Source: the human T2T-CHM13v2.0 reference genome, Homo sapiens. From it: 64,000 nt of DNA. Of this stretch, positions 49,511 through 63,433 are shown piece by piece. Positions within the stretch are counted from its first letter, which is position 1. Every line of letters begins with the position of its first letter. A program made the translations under genes and the position numbers. The stretch lies in NCBI RefSeq assembly GCF_009914755.1, contig NC_060934.1; one strand, written 5' to 3'. The notes under the pieces are model-generated. The model was not told the origin of the DNA and made no database searches. It worked only from the letters and a program-made list of their open reading frames with translations.

Positions 49511-52500
49511 AAAAACAAACTAAACATACTTTACAATATAACCCAGCAATTGCACTTCTTGGTATTTGCCCAAAGTAGTCAAAAACATGTCCACACAAAA
49601 ACCTTCACATGGATGTTTATAGCAGCTTTATTCATAATTGCCAAAACTTGGACGCAACCAAGAGGTCCTTTAGTAGGTAAATGGATAAACTGTGGTACAT
49701 CCAGACAATGGAATATTACTCAGCACTAAAAAGAAATGAGATACCAAACCACAAAAAGACATAGAGGAAACTTAAATGCATATTACTACATGAAAGAATC
49801 CAATATGAAAATGCTGCATCCTATGTAATTCCAACTACAGTATATGACATTCTGAAAAGGGAAAAACTATGGAGACAGTAAGAAGTCAGTGGTTGCCAGT
49901 AGTTAGCAAGGAGGGATGGAGGAACAGGCAGAGAACAGAGGATTTTTAAAGCAGTAAAAATACTCTACATGATACTAATGGTGGATGAATTTTATTATAC
50001 ATTTTTCCAAGCCCACAGAACGTACAACACCAAGAGTGAACTCTAATATAAACTAGGGATTGTGGGTGATAACAACGTGTCAGTTTAGTTCATCAATTGT
50101 AACATTTGGGGGATATTGATAATGGGGAGGCCATCCATGTGTAGGAGCAGGGGATCAGAACACAATGAGGGGAATCTCTGTAAGTTTCTCTCAATTTTGC
50201 TGTGAATCTAAAACTGCCTAAAATAAAGTCTTAAAAATAAGAAAAAAATTAGTATTACAGAAAAGTCTTCTAGTCTTTAATACTGAAAGGCTGAAAGCCT
50301 TTTATTTAATACTAATATTCCCTATAAGGAATCTGTACTCCATGAAAGGTTGCTGATTTTATATCTTAGGATGGGAAGAATCAAAATGTGTCTGGAATAT
50401 CTGGTGGCCACTAACCAAAATCACTTAAAATTAGCAGGGATGATAGCAAAAGAACAAAGGAGTCCAGTCCATTTAAAGGGGCTCCTACTATTTAATTCCT
50501 GATAAATTGAGTATTATTTAGACATATTGAGTCTGGGGAGCCATTAATTCATAATGCTACTCAAAAGGTAAATTATGAAAATGTTTTTACTAATGAAATA
50601 AATATGGATACTTATCTTTAAAAAAATTAGAAGAAAATAAAGACATATGATCTAAAATAGCAGGGCTCTCTTATTCAGTGGAGCTCTGGAGTCAGAAAAA
50701 CTGAACATGAATTTTGGCCCCCTACTCACATTGGGAAAGTGGTTTAAGCTGCTGAAGCCTTTATTCCATCCCTGGTAGAATGAGGAAAATAAAATCTACA
50801 CCTACCATACAGAACTTTACTTAATGTAGCTTTATAACATGTTTTAATATCGGGGGCGGGGGGCGGGTAGGCTCCACCTCAGTGGTCTCCTTGCTAATGT
50901 TATTTTTTGCATTTAAATGCACTACCATCTATACCTGATGAATAAAGCCATAGACCCATATGAAGGAAGCAGCTTTTCCTAAACAGAACACTCCAATATA
51001 CCATACAGATGTGTATCGTTCCACCAATATTTATTAATCATCCAATATATTTCAGATTCTGAACAAGGCTGTGACCATGCCTTACCAGGACATGTACAAC
51101 TTATACACAGTCTTAAACAAGCTGAAGCACAAAATCAATATTTTGGTTGGAAAAAGTTTTCTGTATTTTAATAACATGATGGAATAAATGCTATTCATCA
51201 TTCACATACTCTATATTCTCTGATGGGATTGACCTGATTTACACTGAAAATACTAAAAATCTTACACCTATTCTCCAAAGTGAAATTGCCTATCAAATGA
51301 GATGCAGCTACAATTATAATCAAGTACCAACATTCTTCACAAAACACATGCTATGCTTCACGTTGAGAGCAGCAGAAATAATAAGCACACAGCATAAGTA
51401 ATGTTTCTCAAGCAACTACATTATCAATCTTCAGAATGAGTGATAAAAATGGAATGAAATTTTTCCTTATGATTACCAATAGAAAATGCTATTGAGAGAG
51501 CTCATAGACTCCCTTTTGTCTAGTATATTTCTTGTTTTAATGCATTTCTACTTAATCTAAAGAATAGAAGCTTTAGATATAAAAAAAATTTTAAGAAGGC
51601 AAAATGTGAACAATAAACTAAATTAGCAAGATGATCAATACAAATTATTTATAGTACTTTGGTACATTAGTGTAATCTACACATACAAATCTAAATACAT
51701 ACTTAGCTATAGTAAGTCAAAGAGTACATAACTTGCATTTTGTTGTGTATCAATTAGCACAACAGAAAAAAAGAAAATATTTTAGAGATACTCAATATAC
51801 TCATCAATTAAATATAATACATACAGACTCCTTTAAAAATCTTGTAAGTAATGAACATAGAACATTTAAATGGCCCTAATACTGTAATGATGGTTAAACC
51901 AGAACAGTGATAAAAATTTCACTCATCTGATTTCACTCATTTCACCTAAGGTAGTAACGTCTTCTCCTAGGCATATTTCTGTCAGTTAAGCAAACCAGCC
52001 TATGCACAGCACCACACATCATGAATTCTTTCAGTTTTTTATCTTTTTATATCAATAATATGATAAACTTTGAAGGATTCTCCTATTTTCACAATCTCTG
52101 TATAAAAGAATAGTAACATAAGCACCTCCAGGAATCTGTTGATTTTGTTGTGATATTGAATATTATATTGAATTAATCTTACCATAATATTATAGACTGA
52201 GGCAATATATATTAATGAAAGAGTCCTTGTGTGATTATCTGTTTGGAAATATGTGTTTACATGTTTGTGTTTTACATGGTCTGTATTTAAAATGTGTAAA
52301 AAATCCTAAAAATATAGACGCAATGGTGATTAACTTATTCTGTCTACATTGAACTTAGAGAAAATACAGATGATTTTTATACACAATAAGATTGTCATTA
52401 AAACTAAAGTACATGCCCCAATATTTTTAAGTATATTAAATCTTAATTTCTCAGTAACATCATGTGTGTCCCACCTTCTATGTCCATGAGGCTTATGATT

Positions 52501-52829
52501 CCAAGCCTAAATGACTACAAATCTGCAAAATTTAAACAAACGTTTGAATAGTTCCTGTCATTTCCGAGGTTTATGTCAATTGTTATTCCTGTGGAGTTCT
52601 CCCAGAAAACAATTCATCGACAAAGAAGAAAAGAAAAGGTACACAGGGGGCAAGTGGAAAAAATAAGTAATCCCAATTGTGCTCTATTTCTGTTTGATTC
52701 TACCTTTCACTTCTGTCTATAATGATGTCCTTTGGGAGAAATAGCAGGTTAAGTACAAGCCCTGGATTCATGGGTGAATTGTGCATAGTAGAGCATTAAA
52801 AAAAAGTAGCTGATATGGTGCAGTCTTAC

Positions 52830-53020
52830 CTTGCAACTGTAAAATTCTCAAAGTCATATCTGCTGTAGAATTCCTTAACAATGATGAGTGTGAAAATGAC
52901 TGCTGGGTGGTGACAGTTTCTCAATAACAGCATCCTTCAGATGTTCTTGATGTGGTCCCTGAGGTCTTCCCCATATTCTCTAGAGCACTGCTGTTTAAGG
53001 ATTGTGGGTATTCTGAACAT
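52830..53020 (-). other. Candidate decayed alternative exon in CTNNA3 sense orientation
   Basis: ATG with A at -3 at 53020; one frame with a single stop runs to a strong AAG|GTAAGA donor at 52830; not a recognisable repeat. Confidence 0.3.
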
Positions 53021-53319
53021 TTTGAAATTACAACCAACTAAAGATGTTCTTGGTATGAAAAGAGTTAAAAATCTGCTCTTTTCCTGGAGTTTAATATCCA
53101 GTTAAATAGAAATTAACTCAAATGTTTCTAAGTCATTTTCCAGTTAACTAGGGCTTAAGAAAAAAAAATTGCTGTAGTCACTGTGTTTAAAATTTTACTT
53201 TAGGACGTATTAGCCTATAAGTGCCACAAAATCATCATTTTGGAGTCTACATAAAGCTACATTGTCTTGGTAAGAAATTGCAAAGAAACTGTATTGACTC
53301 TAAAGTACACTCTGGAGTA

Positions 53320-53511
53320 CTGCCCAAAAGAGCAATCTATGTTGATGAAAATCTTCTGTATCTACAATGGTCAACACAGTAGCTACTCAACATCTGAAAT
53401 TTGGATAGTACAAGTAAGAAACTGAATTTTTAGTTTATTTAATTATGATTAATTTAATTTTAAATTGAAAAGCCACATGTGAGTAGTGGCTACTATATTG
53501 AACAGCACAGC
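53320..53511 (+). mobile_element. MER3 (hAT-Charlie)
   Basis: AAGCCACATGTGAGTAGTGGCTACTATATTGAACAGCACAG terminus. Confidence 0.65.
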
Positions 53512-54317
53512 TCTTAAAGTTGATTTTCACTGTATTTTCCATATGAGATTATGTCATGATATGTTGTGATATCCTTTAGGTATCTAGGTGGTTGATGGTT
53601 GATTGATTGTGATTAAAAGCACTATTTCCCTAAGCAAGTTGGTATCTTTGGAGAAAGCACTGGTGGAGGATAAAAGTTTAAGCTGTTGCCAGTCACGAAC
53701 GTCTTACTTTATCAGGTCCTTTTCCTTAACAACTAGTTGAGAATGAGTTAGACTAAAAAAGAGGCAGCTCCAGAGAATATGAGTCACAGTGTGGAAGGAC
53801 AAGAAGCAAGTCTTATGTGGCTAGGATATAGAGATACTGAGCATCAGTGGGAAGACAGGGAAAAGATACTCTGAGAAAAAAGAATTCTGAGAAGGAAAAT
53901 GGAAAGGACAATCAAAGGCAACATTCATCTATTTCACAGTTTAATTCATTCTGCTCTGTTTTATATCCTTCTCTTTTTATTAATGAAGGATGTTGCTGGT
54001 GCTGTTCTCATAGGGTGTCGATGCAAGACTGAAAATGTCAGTCTCTGGCTTAATATCCTTTCCAAATTGAGAAGACCTGTAGAAAAAATCAACTGTTCGT
54101 GCATTTTACACTGTTTGGATCTTTTTGCTTTGCTAGTTATGTAATGACATACTCAAAAGTTGGTCAGAAAAATGTTAAACCAACATCATTCCTTCTGCTA
54201 TGCTTTGATATTTATAGTCTTTAAAGTTTTTACCAAAGAGCCTTATTTTTTCCCTTGGTGCTTTATCAATATGATTTACATTTTTCATCCTATTAAGGAA
54301 CAAGAACATGTGCAATA

Positions 54318-54512
54318 TAAGGAGGAGGGGGAGATGGAGGAGGAGAAAGGAAGGAGAGAAAGAGGAGGGAGATGTAAAAAAAATAAGGTAAAGGGGGAAG
54401 GGAAAGAGAAAAGGGGATGGAAGGAGAGTTGAGAAGGGGACTGACAGGATAGAAGAGGAGGAATTGGGAAAAGAGAGAAAGTGACAAAAAAAGAAAGTGA
54501 AAGTAAAGAAAC
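54318..54512. repeat. GA-rich low-complexity tract
   Basis: About 190 nt that is almost all purine on the + strand. Confidence 0.85.
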
Positions 54513-54613
54513 AGTTTGCTAAACACTCTTGTGTCATTCACACTGCAAGTAATAAAACCAATACGCTTCTGTGTTTCATGATTCAAGAGAACATTTAAGT
54601 GATAAAGGGATAA

Positions 54614-54995
<382 letters not shown>

Positions 54996-56795
54996 AGGTT
55001 TTTGTATTTTTATAAAGTGCAGGTGTTCAGCATGTCCCTTCCTGAACTTTACAATATTCACATAGCTTTGGCAAATGGGATGCAAAACAACATTCAGAAT
55101 GAAATTAATGTTGAAAGAGTAGTATCATCTACATAACTAGACTATTTTTCAAGTAGATATTGACGTTATGCAGTGGGATGTGCTATTAAAGAGCATAAAC
55201 TATATCCTTTAAATTTAACAATACATAATGCCATCAAGAAAAATCCCATCACTGAACACCGCTCCAGACTTTTCTTATCAGGATATTATAAAACACTAGT
55301 TAACTACTACGAATACCAAGCAAAAGTATGGTAAGAATACTTTGCCCCTTTTCTTTGCAGACAGGAAAAAGCAATTGAATATGAAGGCCAAAATCTCTGA
55401 GAAGGAGTGCTTTATCTAGAGAGACAAGCAGGGGCACATATCACAATAGCGAACAGGAGAGATATATTGGGTCCTGATGAAAACTAATACAGGAAGAAAT
55501 TGGCTGAATTTTTTCTGTACCCTGTATGAGAAATGATTAAATTTAAAGGGTTTTTAAATTAACTTACTTGTGACCTTGCCTGCTATTCCATATTTGAAGA
55601 TCTGGTGGGGGGAAAGTATGTAGAAACTTCAAAATATGCTCAGGAATGCATGAATAAAAAAATAGAAATTCTTACTATTGATAAAAAGAGAAGAGAATCC
55701 AACTTCTCAATTTAAGGGGACTTTTAAAATAAAGAAAGGCAGTTTAATACTCCCTAAAGAAGGCATAAAATTCCTATAGAACCAAGATTCTTGGTTGATA
55801 CTGCCTCTGCATCAGCACCAAAAATTATCCCTCTAAACATCGGTGGTTCCAAGGAGGCTCCTTGGTAAATTGTAGCCTGCCTGAATGAGGTAAAGTGATC
55901 CCATCTCCAAATCAACCCATACCAGGAAGGCCAGGAATAGGAGTCTGTATCAAGTCAAAATTCTTTAATGCCTTCCCATGCTCAAGCCATGACCTGCAAA
56001 GATGCCCACAAGTCATATACCAGGTAGACAATACTGCTCAGCCTACTGCCCTTTCCTCATTAACTCCCTAAAGCCCAAAAGACAGTCACGCATGCACTTT
56101 TCTTTCCGTTTCACAAAAACAACTGTAATGTGAACACCATACACATTATACCTTGTTACAAATATTTTAAGCCCTATATTTAAGTTAGAAATATTAAGAC
56201 TTAGAAATTCCTAAGTATTAGAAAATATCAACTAAAACAGACTATTCTCACTATCTTCAGTTTGATGTGTCTCAGTATGTGTTTCCTCCTGTTTTTTCAT
56301 CAAAGGGTCAATTGACCCCAACGGATGCTCTCTCTGTCTCTGGGTCACTCATCTGTTTGGCTGTATCTATTTATTACATTGCTTCATCCATCACCGGAGT
56401 TCCTACTCTGCATTGGGCCTCCCTCCCTGTCCATAAGACTGACTCAACACTCACATGACTAAGATAGTAATGTGAGGAAAAAAATATTGTCAGACTCATT
56501 CTAGGCATTGAAGAAGCAAGCCACTATGCCTGTTAGAGACAGCATGGTTTCCACGTGAAACAAATAGGATTAGTCTACCTCCTATAATGCAACTACCTTT
56601 TTCAAAACTCATGGATATTGTCAGGCTGCTTAACAAATATAACCTCCAGCAGCTGCAGAGCAGATCCATGCATCTGTACAGTACATGTTTGCACATACTG
56701 CTTTTCCATCTGCAGGACATGACATATGCCAATTGATTGGCTTATAGTAGGCTTGGAGAGGAGTCAGAGTATTGGCAGGCACCTTATGTCTATTC

Positions 56796-56849
56796 TTTTT
56801 TTATTATTATTTTTTTATTATTATACTTTAAGTTTTAGGGTACATGTGC
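56796..56849 (-). mobile_element. Extremely 5'-truncated young L1PA (tail plus about 28 nt)
   Basis: TTATACTTTAAGTTTTAGGGTACATGTGC is the reverse complement of the L1PA2-4 terminus. Confidence 0.75.
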
Positions 56850-58466
56850 TTTCCATTTTTTCCTTTTACTCTGAAGCTTTTAGACATTGCTCTTTTGGAT
56901 CCTGCCTACCAAATTATTCATTTAACTTCAAGTGTTCATTTGTGGCTAACGAAGCTGAGATTTTTGTTAACATATAACTTGCATTTAGTCCAAACTGATT
57001 AGATGTCAATAATCAACCTAAATTATCAGGCTTTACTTTAATTGCAATTATATCCTCCATTTCACATGTTTAAAGGCGAGTTCTTATCAGGTGATGGGAA
57101 CTAAGCAGAGTCCAAGTCAACCTGAAAGAAACCAAAAGATTCATCCACGATCAGCTACGTGATTTGGAAGGCTCAGTGCAATGTGGAAGTATAAGGTACC
57201 TTGTTCAAAATATATTCAGAATTTTAATATAGCAACCTCAGGTAATTAAACCAAATATGAGATCCTTCCATCTGTGAGACACACCCATGAAGAGAGCCCT
57301 GGATTTGTCAAAGAAAACATAAGACATTTTTGCCATTTCTTTTAAATGTTAATCACGCTTATGATAAAAACTAATATGTTGGCAATATTTTCTTCAAAGT
57401 CAATAGTATCCTCATCAAAAATTTCTTTTTAGAATTTACAAAGACTTCTTTTTCCTTTTCGATTGGTCTCAGAAAACAAGCTTTGAGGTTCTATTCATAA
57501 CATAAAGTTCAATTCAGTTTCAAAAAATAATTGCCCGATACCCTTCTTGCCTTTCCAAATCTTACTGTAAATACAAAAGTATGAAAATAAAGCCTGTAAA
57601 TTATAGATCCATGGCTAGATTTGGAAAACCCTAAATCTTAAACTTAGCAGTGAACACCTGACAGTAACAAAAGCCATAAGCGCTCACTCTAGGAACAGCA
57701 TGGCCACTGAACAATGTTCTCCATAATAAAGCCATAATCAACACCCTACAAAGCAAAATACTATACTATGATCCACACTACTAACCATATTTTATCAAAC
57801 TGTATCTTAAAACAAGGAACTCTACAACTTACTACCCTCCATCTCTTGATAAAAGTAAAAACAGATTCCTCTAAATTAAAGCTGGAATTCGCAAGACCAA
57901 ACTAATAAAAACTAATAAAAATTATGTTTTACTAATTTTTAATGTAAGAATTAATAATTCTCATAGGCTACTTCTCTTTTCTTGATTTCACCTTACTCTG
58001 AGAACATGTCTAAAATAAACATCATTCCATTTTGAACGAAGTGCTTTATCCAACAGACTGATCATGCTAGACAGAAAGTTTGCACCAGGTGGTAGAAAAA
58101 AAAGAAAACTGTAATATCACTTTACATAGTAAATGTAACCTTCCAAAACAAATTTTTATTATATTATTATGATGGTACCTACAGCCATATAAAAAGGGAA
58201 CTCTGGACATATCTGCTTTAAAAAAAAGCTAGATAATCTTCTGAACTTGGAATAATTTTAACCAACATTCTTTAAGGAATACTTATGGAAATAATTAATT
58301 GCTTATTTTAGTTTACATACCATGTATACTTGTGTTAAAATGATTTACCTCCTAAAACTAACTCCAAAAAAAGGTATTTGAATACTCAGAAGCTTGTATC
58401 TCTTTCTTTTTGGCTGTCTCCCTTGTTCCATTTCCTATCTTACTTCTCCCAATTCAGTTTATCCTC

Positions 58467-58822
58467 TGATATGGTTTGACTGTGTCCCCACCCAAATCTC
58501 ACCTTGAATTGTAATAATCCCCATGTGTCAAGGACAGGGCCAAGTGAAGATAAATGAATCATGGGGGCAGTTTCCCCCATACTGTTCTCCTGGTAGTGAA
58601 TAAGTCTCACGAGATCTGATGGTTTTATAAAAGGGAGTTCCCGTGAACACGCTCTCTTGCCTGGCACCATGTAAGAAGTAACTTTGCTCCTCATTCGCCT
58701 TCCACCATGATTGTGAGGCCTCCCTAGCCATGTGGAACTGTGAATCAATTAAACCTCTTTCCTCTATAAATTATCCAGTCTCAGGTATGTCTTTATTAAC
58801 AGTGTGAGAACAGACTAATACG
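58467..58822 (+). mobile_element. THE1 (B/C) solo LTR
   Basis: TGATATGGTTTGACTGTGTCCCCACCCAAATCTC...CAGACTAATAC; imperfect 5-bp TSD TCCTC/CCCTC. Confidence 0.9.
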
Positions 58823-59515
58823 CCCTCCTACTGAAGATATGATGTCACCATTCTTCCAAGCATAGATCCATTGGATATCTAAGCTATCTTGGGCCACTTC
58901 CAGTCACTACAACTGTCAGTTCTTTTTTCATACCTATCCCTCTCCTTTCCATTCCAACTCCTTTACATTGGGTTTTTATTACACTTTACCTGAAATATTA
59001 TAAAAATATCTTGATTTTTCTTGCTTCCATTAAACCATGCAAAATAATCTACACATCATTACTGATTAATCTTCCACAATACCTGTTTGATTGTCCCTTC
59101 CATGACAAAATATTCCTCATTAACAAAGTCCAAATTTCTTAGCTTGGCATTCAATATGGTTCCTCAAAATCTGGTTTCCAAGCCAGATTATCTTCTCACC
59201 TGTTGCAGATACTGTAATACGGTATTAATGAGCTTGGGCTGGAAATTCCCATTTCATTACTACAGAAAAGGTGTAGTGATGTTACCTGCAGGAGTAATTG
59301 AGGGAGTTCCAAGTCTTGTGACTGCTGGAATATGGCTGGTAATACAGAAAAGGAGTGATATTAGCCCTCTCTTTAAAAGAAGAAAATATGAACTTAGGAA
59401 TTCAACTTCCTAAGAAGGAAATGGGCTTTTATTAGAAGGAAGTGATAAAGCAAATCTCTTAGACCTAAAAGTATTTTTTTCCCAGATATGTACTATGAAA
59501 TGTCTTGATTCCTGC

Positions 59516-59921
59516 TGATATGGTTTGGATACGCACGTCCCCACCCCAAATCTCATGTCAAAATGTAACCACTAATGTTGGAGGAGGGGCTTGGCGGGAG
59601 GTGATTAGATCATGGAGGCAGAGTTCTCATGAATGGTTTAGCACCATCTCCCCTTGGTACTGTAGAGTGAGTGAGTTTTCATGAGATCTGCTTGTTTGAA
59701 AGTGTATGGCACCTCCCCCCCTCTCTCTTCCTCCTGCTCCAGCCATGTAAGACATACCTATTTCCCCTTCACCTTCCACCACGATTGAAAGTTTCCTGAG
59801 GCTGCCCAGAAGCTCTCATGCTTCCTGTACAGCCTGCAGAACTGTAAGCCAATTAAACCTGTTTTCTTTATAAATTTCCCAGTCTCAGGTATTCATAGCA
59901 GTGCAAGAACAGACTAATACA
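59516..59921 (+). mobile_element. MST (A/B) solo LTR
   Basis: TGATATGGTTTGGAT...CCTGTACAGCCTGCAGAAC...CAGACTAATACA. Confidence 0.85.
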
Positions 59922-60003
59922 GCTACTAATAAGAAAGCTGAATTTATGGGATCTAAAACAAAGTATGTTGATCTACTGATTAATCAAACTGACATGACAG
60001 TCC

Positions 60004-60637
60004 GGAAACGACCCAATGGGTTCTTCCTGCCCACTGCACAAAGCCAATTCACTAAGACCACAGCATTGCAATAAAGATTTTAATAGACACAAGGTCAGCT
60101 ATGCCATGTGAGAGATGGAGTTATTACCAAATTAATCTCCTTGAAAATTCAGAGGCTAGGGTTTTTCAAGGATAGTTTGGTGGGACAAGGAGTCAGTTTG
60201 GGTGGGGCCACATGACAGATGGGCAGGGGTAGACTGTCCTCAGAAATGTAAAAACCTGAAAAGATATCTCAAAAGGCCAATCTTAGGCTCGCTCTGTAAT
60301 AGTGATGTTATCTGCAGGAGTAATTGCGGGAGTTGCAAATCTTGTGACCTCCAGAATAATGGCTGGTAATTGTTTATGTCTACACCTTAGCAGAATTCAG
60401 GATCCTCATCTCTTCGTAACCTGGTGGTCTTTTATTAGCTTTACAAAGGCAGTTTAGTTTGGGGGAAGGGTTATTAACATTTAAACTATAAACTAAATTT
60501 CTCCCAAAGTTAGCTTGGCCCTGGCCCAGAATAATTAAGGGCAGTTTGGAGGTTAAAGGCAAGATGGGGGTTGGTTATATCAGATCTCTTTTATGTCATA
60601 ATTTTCTCATGTTTTATTTTTTGCAAAGTCGGTTTCA
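60004..60637 (-). mobile_element. LTR8B-like ERV1 solo LTR
   Basis: Minus strand starts TGAAACCGACTTTGCAAAAA...CCAACCCCCATCTTGCCTTTAACCTCCAAACTGCCC; 4-bp TSD GTCC at 60000-60003 and 60638-60641. Confidence 0.8.
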
Positions 60638-61109
60638 GTCCCAAGTAAGACCAACTTTAATTCTGTTCTGCTATTCATCCTTAATGGTGTGTTCCTGTAT
60701 GAAGGTTTTCTGGCAGATAAGGGGCCTCTTACTAGTAAATAATTTTATTTAGTTCTTATTTACCCACCAAAATTGCAAACTCTCATATATTTATAGGCAT
60801 CAGAGTTTTGTAAACCCCCTTTTAGATAACTGTGAAAAGTCATTAAACATTCTATCAAAATCTCCCATCCTTCAAGGCCTAGCTCAATTTCCTTTCCATA
60901 AAGACTTCCCTGTTTGCTTCTTGCTAGGTTACAGGAGGCTTGAGAACAGAGTGAAGTGTGGATTCAACAAACATTTATAGAACAGGTACTGTGCTAACAA
61001 TTTACCCCTCAGTTATACTCACACTTGTATATACAGAACAATCTCTGGACTAAAACACCAAAAAATGGTTTAAAATACTTGTTTCTGAGGAAAAGGTAAG
61101 GATAAATAC

Positions 61110-61782
61110 AGATCTTAAAAGAAGCAAAATATAATTTTCCTAGGGAAAAAAGGGAGAGACACGTTACCATTTACTTTAGAAAACTTGTCATGGTGAGTCT
61201 TTCTCTGCCCTTTGAAACGTATGTAAATCTTCTTAAAAGTGAAATAAGCTTCTCGCCAGCTTTTCAACCCAAGGATGAAAAGAATCTTGGGAGAATGTCT
61301 TTCTCAAGAACCTGGAAACCATCTCTTTTAAATATAATCATCAAAGAACGTAGTGTCCCTATCTCCCAGTTTCTGTGGGAAGGCAGGAGCCTAACTTTGG
61401 TGGGTGCCTGGCTCCAAGTTACAAACTTGTCTTCTGTCAAAAAGATATAAAAAGTTCCTTTGGATAAAGGCAATTAGTGAACAGAGACAGTTATTCAAAT
61501 TACCAGGTGAGTTTAGGATGAACTATGTATGTAAATGGTACTGTCAAGTCCTCTTACTTGAGGAATAGTTATCATTTATCTTGAGAACATGTATCTAATG
61601 GGTTGTGTCTCCTAAGCTATATAAAACATTGAGATTTCTTTATGTCTCTGCATTTCTTTAGCTGATTGCCTGTGGTATATATCACATTCTGGTTTAATGC
61701 TTATCAATTATAAAATTGTTTTCCTTTGTGAAGGGTATCCTGGGTTGGCAGGATATATTGTTTTAAATTATATTTCCCCAAA
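61110..61782 (+). mobile_element. MER34-family ERV1 solo LTR
   Basis: TTTCTCAAGAACCTGGAAACCATCTCTTT, CCTATCTCCCAGTTTCTGTGGGAAGG; ends TATATTTCCCCAAAA. The 5' boundary is uncertain. Confidence 0.6.
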
Positions 61783-62030
61783 ACTCACTGGAGATTACTG
61801 TATCATTTAAATATGTAAATGTGCAAATGTTTTAACTTCTCAATAAAATGAAAGGAACCAATTAAGAAACTAAAGAATAAGGAGGGAAATTGTGGAAGAA
61901 GAAGGGAAAGGAAGAAAAGAGGGAGGGAGGAAGAAAAACAAAGAACAGGCTATTAGCAAAAACTCAACAAAAAGCACTTCCACTTAGGGAAGAAAAGACC
62001 TTCAAAAAAAAAAAAATTAAGAGTTTCCAA

Positions 62031-62112
62031 CAGGACTCTAGAATCAGGCTTCTAGAGCCTGCACCTGATTCTAGAATCTAGATTCTAGAATCTAGAATCA
62101 GGACTCTAGAAT
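62031..62112. repeat. TCTAGA-based direct/inverted micro-repeat
   Basis: Seven TCTAGA in 82 bp, bounded by two copies of CAGGACTCTAGAAT. Confidence 0.9.
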
Positions 62113-62206
62113 TCAGTCTCTACTGAACATATTGTCTGCGAAGTAATTAAAGGGGAGAACAATCAAGCCAATATCCCATAAAAACTAAAACCCCTTCTCA
62201 AAACAA

Positions 62207-62865
<659 letters not shown>

Positions 62866-63433
62866 GGGAATTGTAACAGAACTCAGGATGAGTTCTGCTA
62901 CCAGAAAAACTAGGCAAGTCTACCACAAGAGACAAGAAGCTTCTTCTCCAAGAAGATAAACTATTTGCTTTCCATGTTCTAAAGGGCCACCTACATCTCC
63001 ATGTTGCCCTCCCTCCAGTATAGCGACTTGACCTAGCATTCCTAGAATCAGAACCTTACAATCTTACAAACCTGCAAGATTACCCGAATACTCAGTCTAA
63101 CTGAAAAATATACAGCAGCTAATAATACTGTATAATCTAGATTAATGGTTTGGAACATTTAGTGTGCTTAAGGATCACCTGGGAAGGCTCGTCTTTGAAA
63201 ATGATTCATGACCTCATCATCAGAGTATGTCTAAATTTGGGAACAGAAATCTTCACTTTTAACTAGCACCCAAAGTGATTCTTGTGCAAGTGGTTAATCA
63301 CCAAACATTTGAGAAACATCAACAGAATTAGAGTCCCCAAACTCAACAAACAGAAGAACTTAAGGAAACATAATTAGTATAATTAATATTCTAAAAGAGA
63401 TTCAAATGTTTATCATAGCTATAAGAACAGCCA

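Larger units (their letters stand above)
46130..50245 (+). mobile_element. L1MC1-like 3' end split by two nested L1s
   Basis: 46130-46550 and 49517-50245 are collinear; ends CTCAATTTTGCTGTGAATCTAAAACTGCCTAAAATAAAGTC. Confidence 0.78.

Noticed and set aside
50851-50870. Tandem GC boxes GGGGCGGGGGGCGGG as a promoter
   Set aside because: Isolated 20-nt motif in AT-rich sequence, with no CpG island or other promoter evidence.
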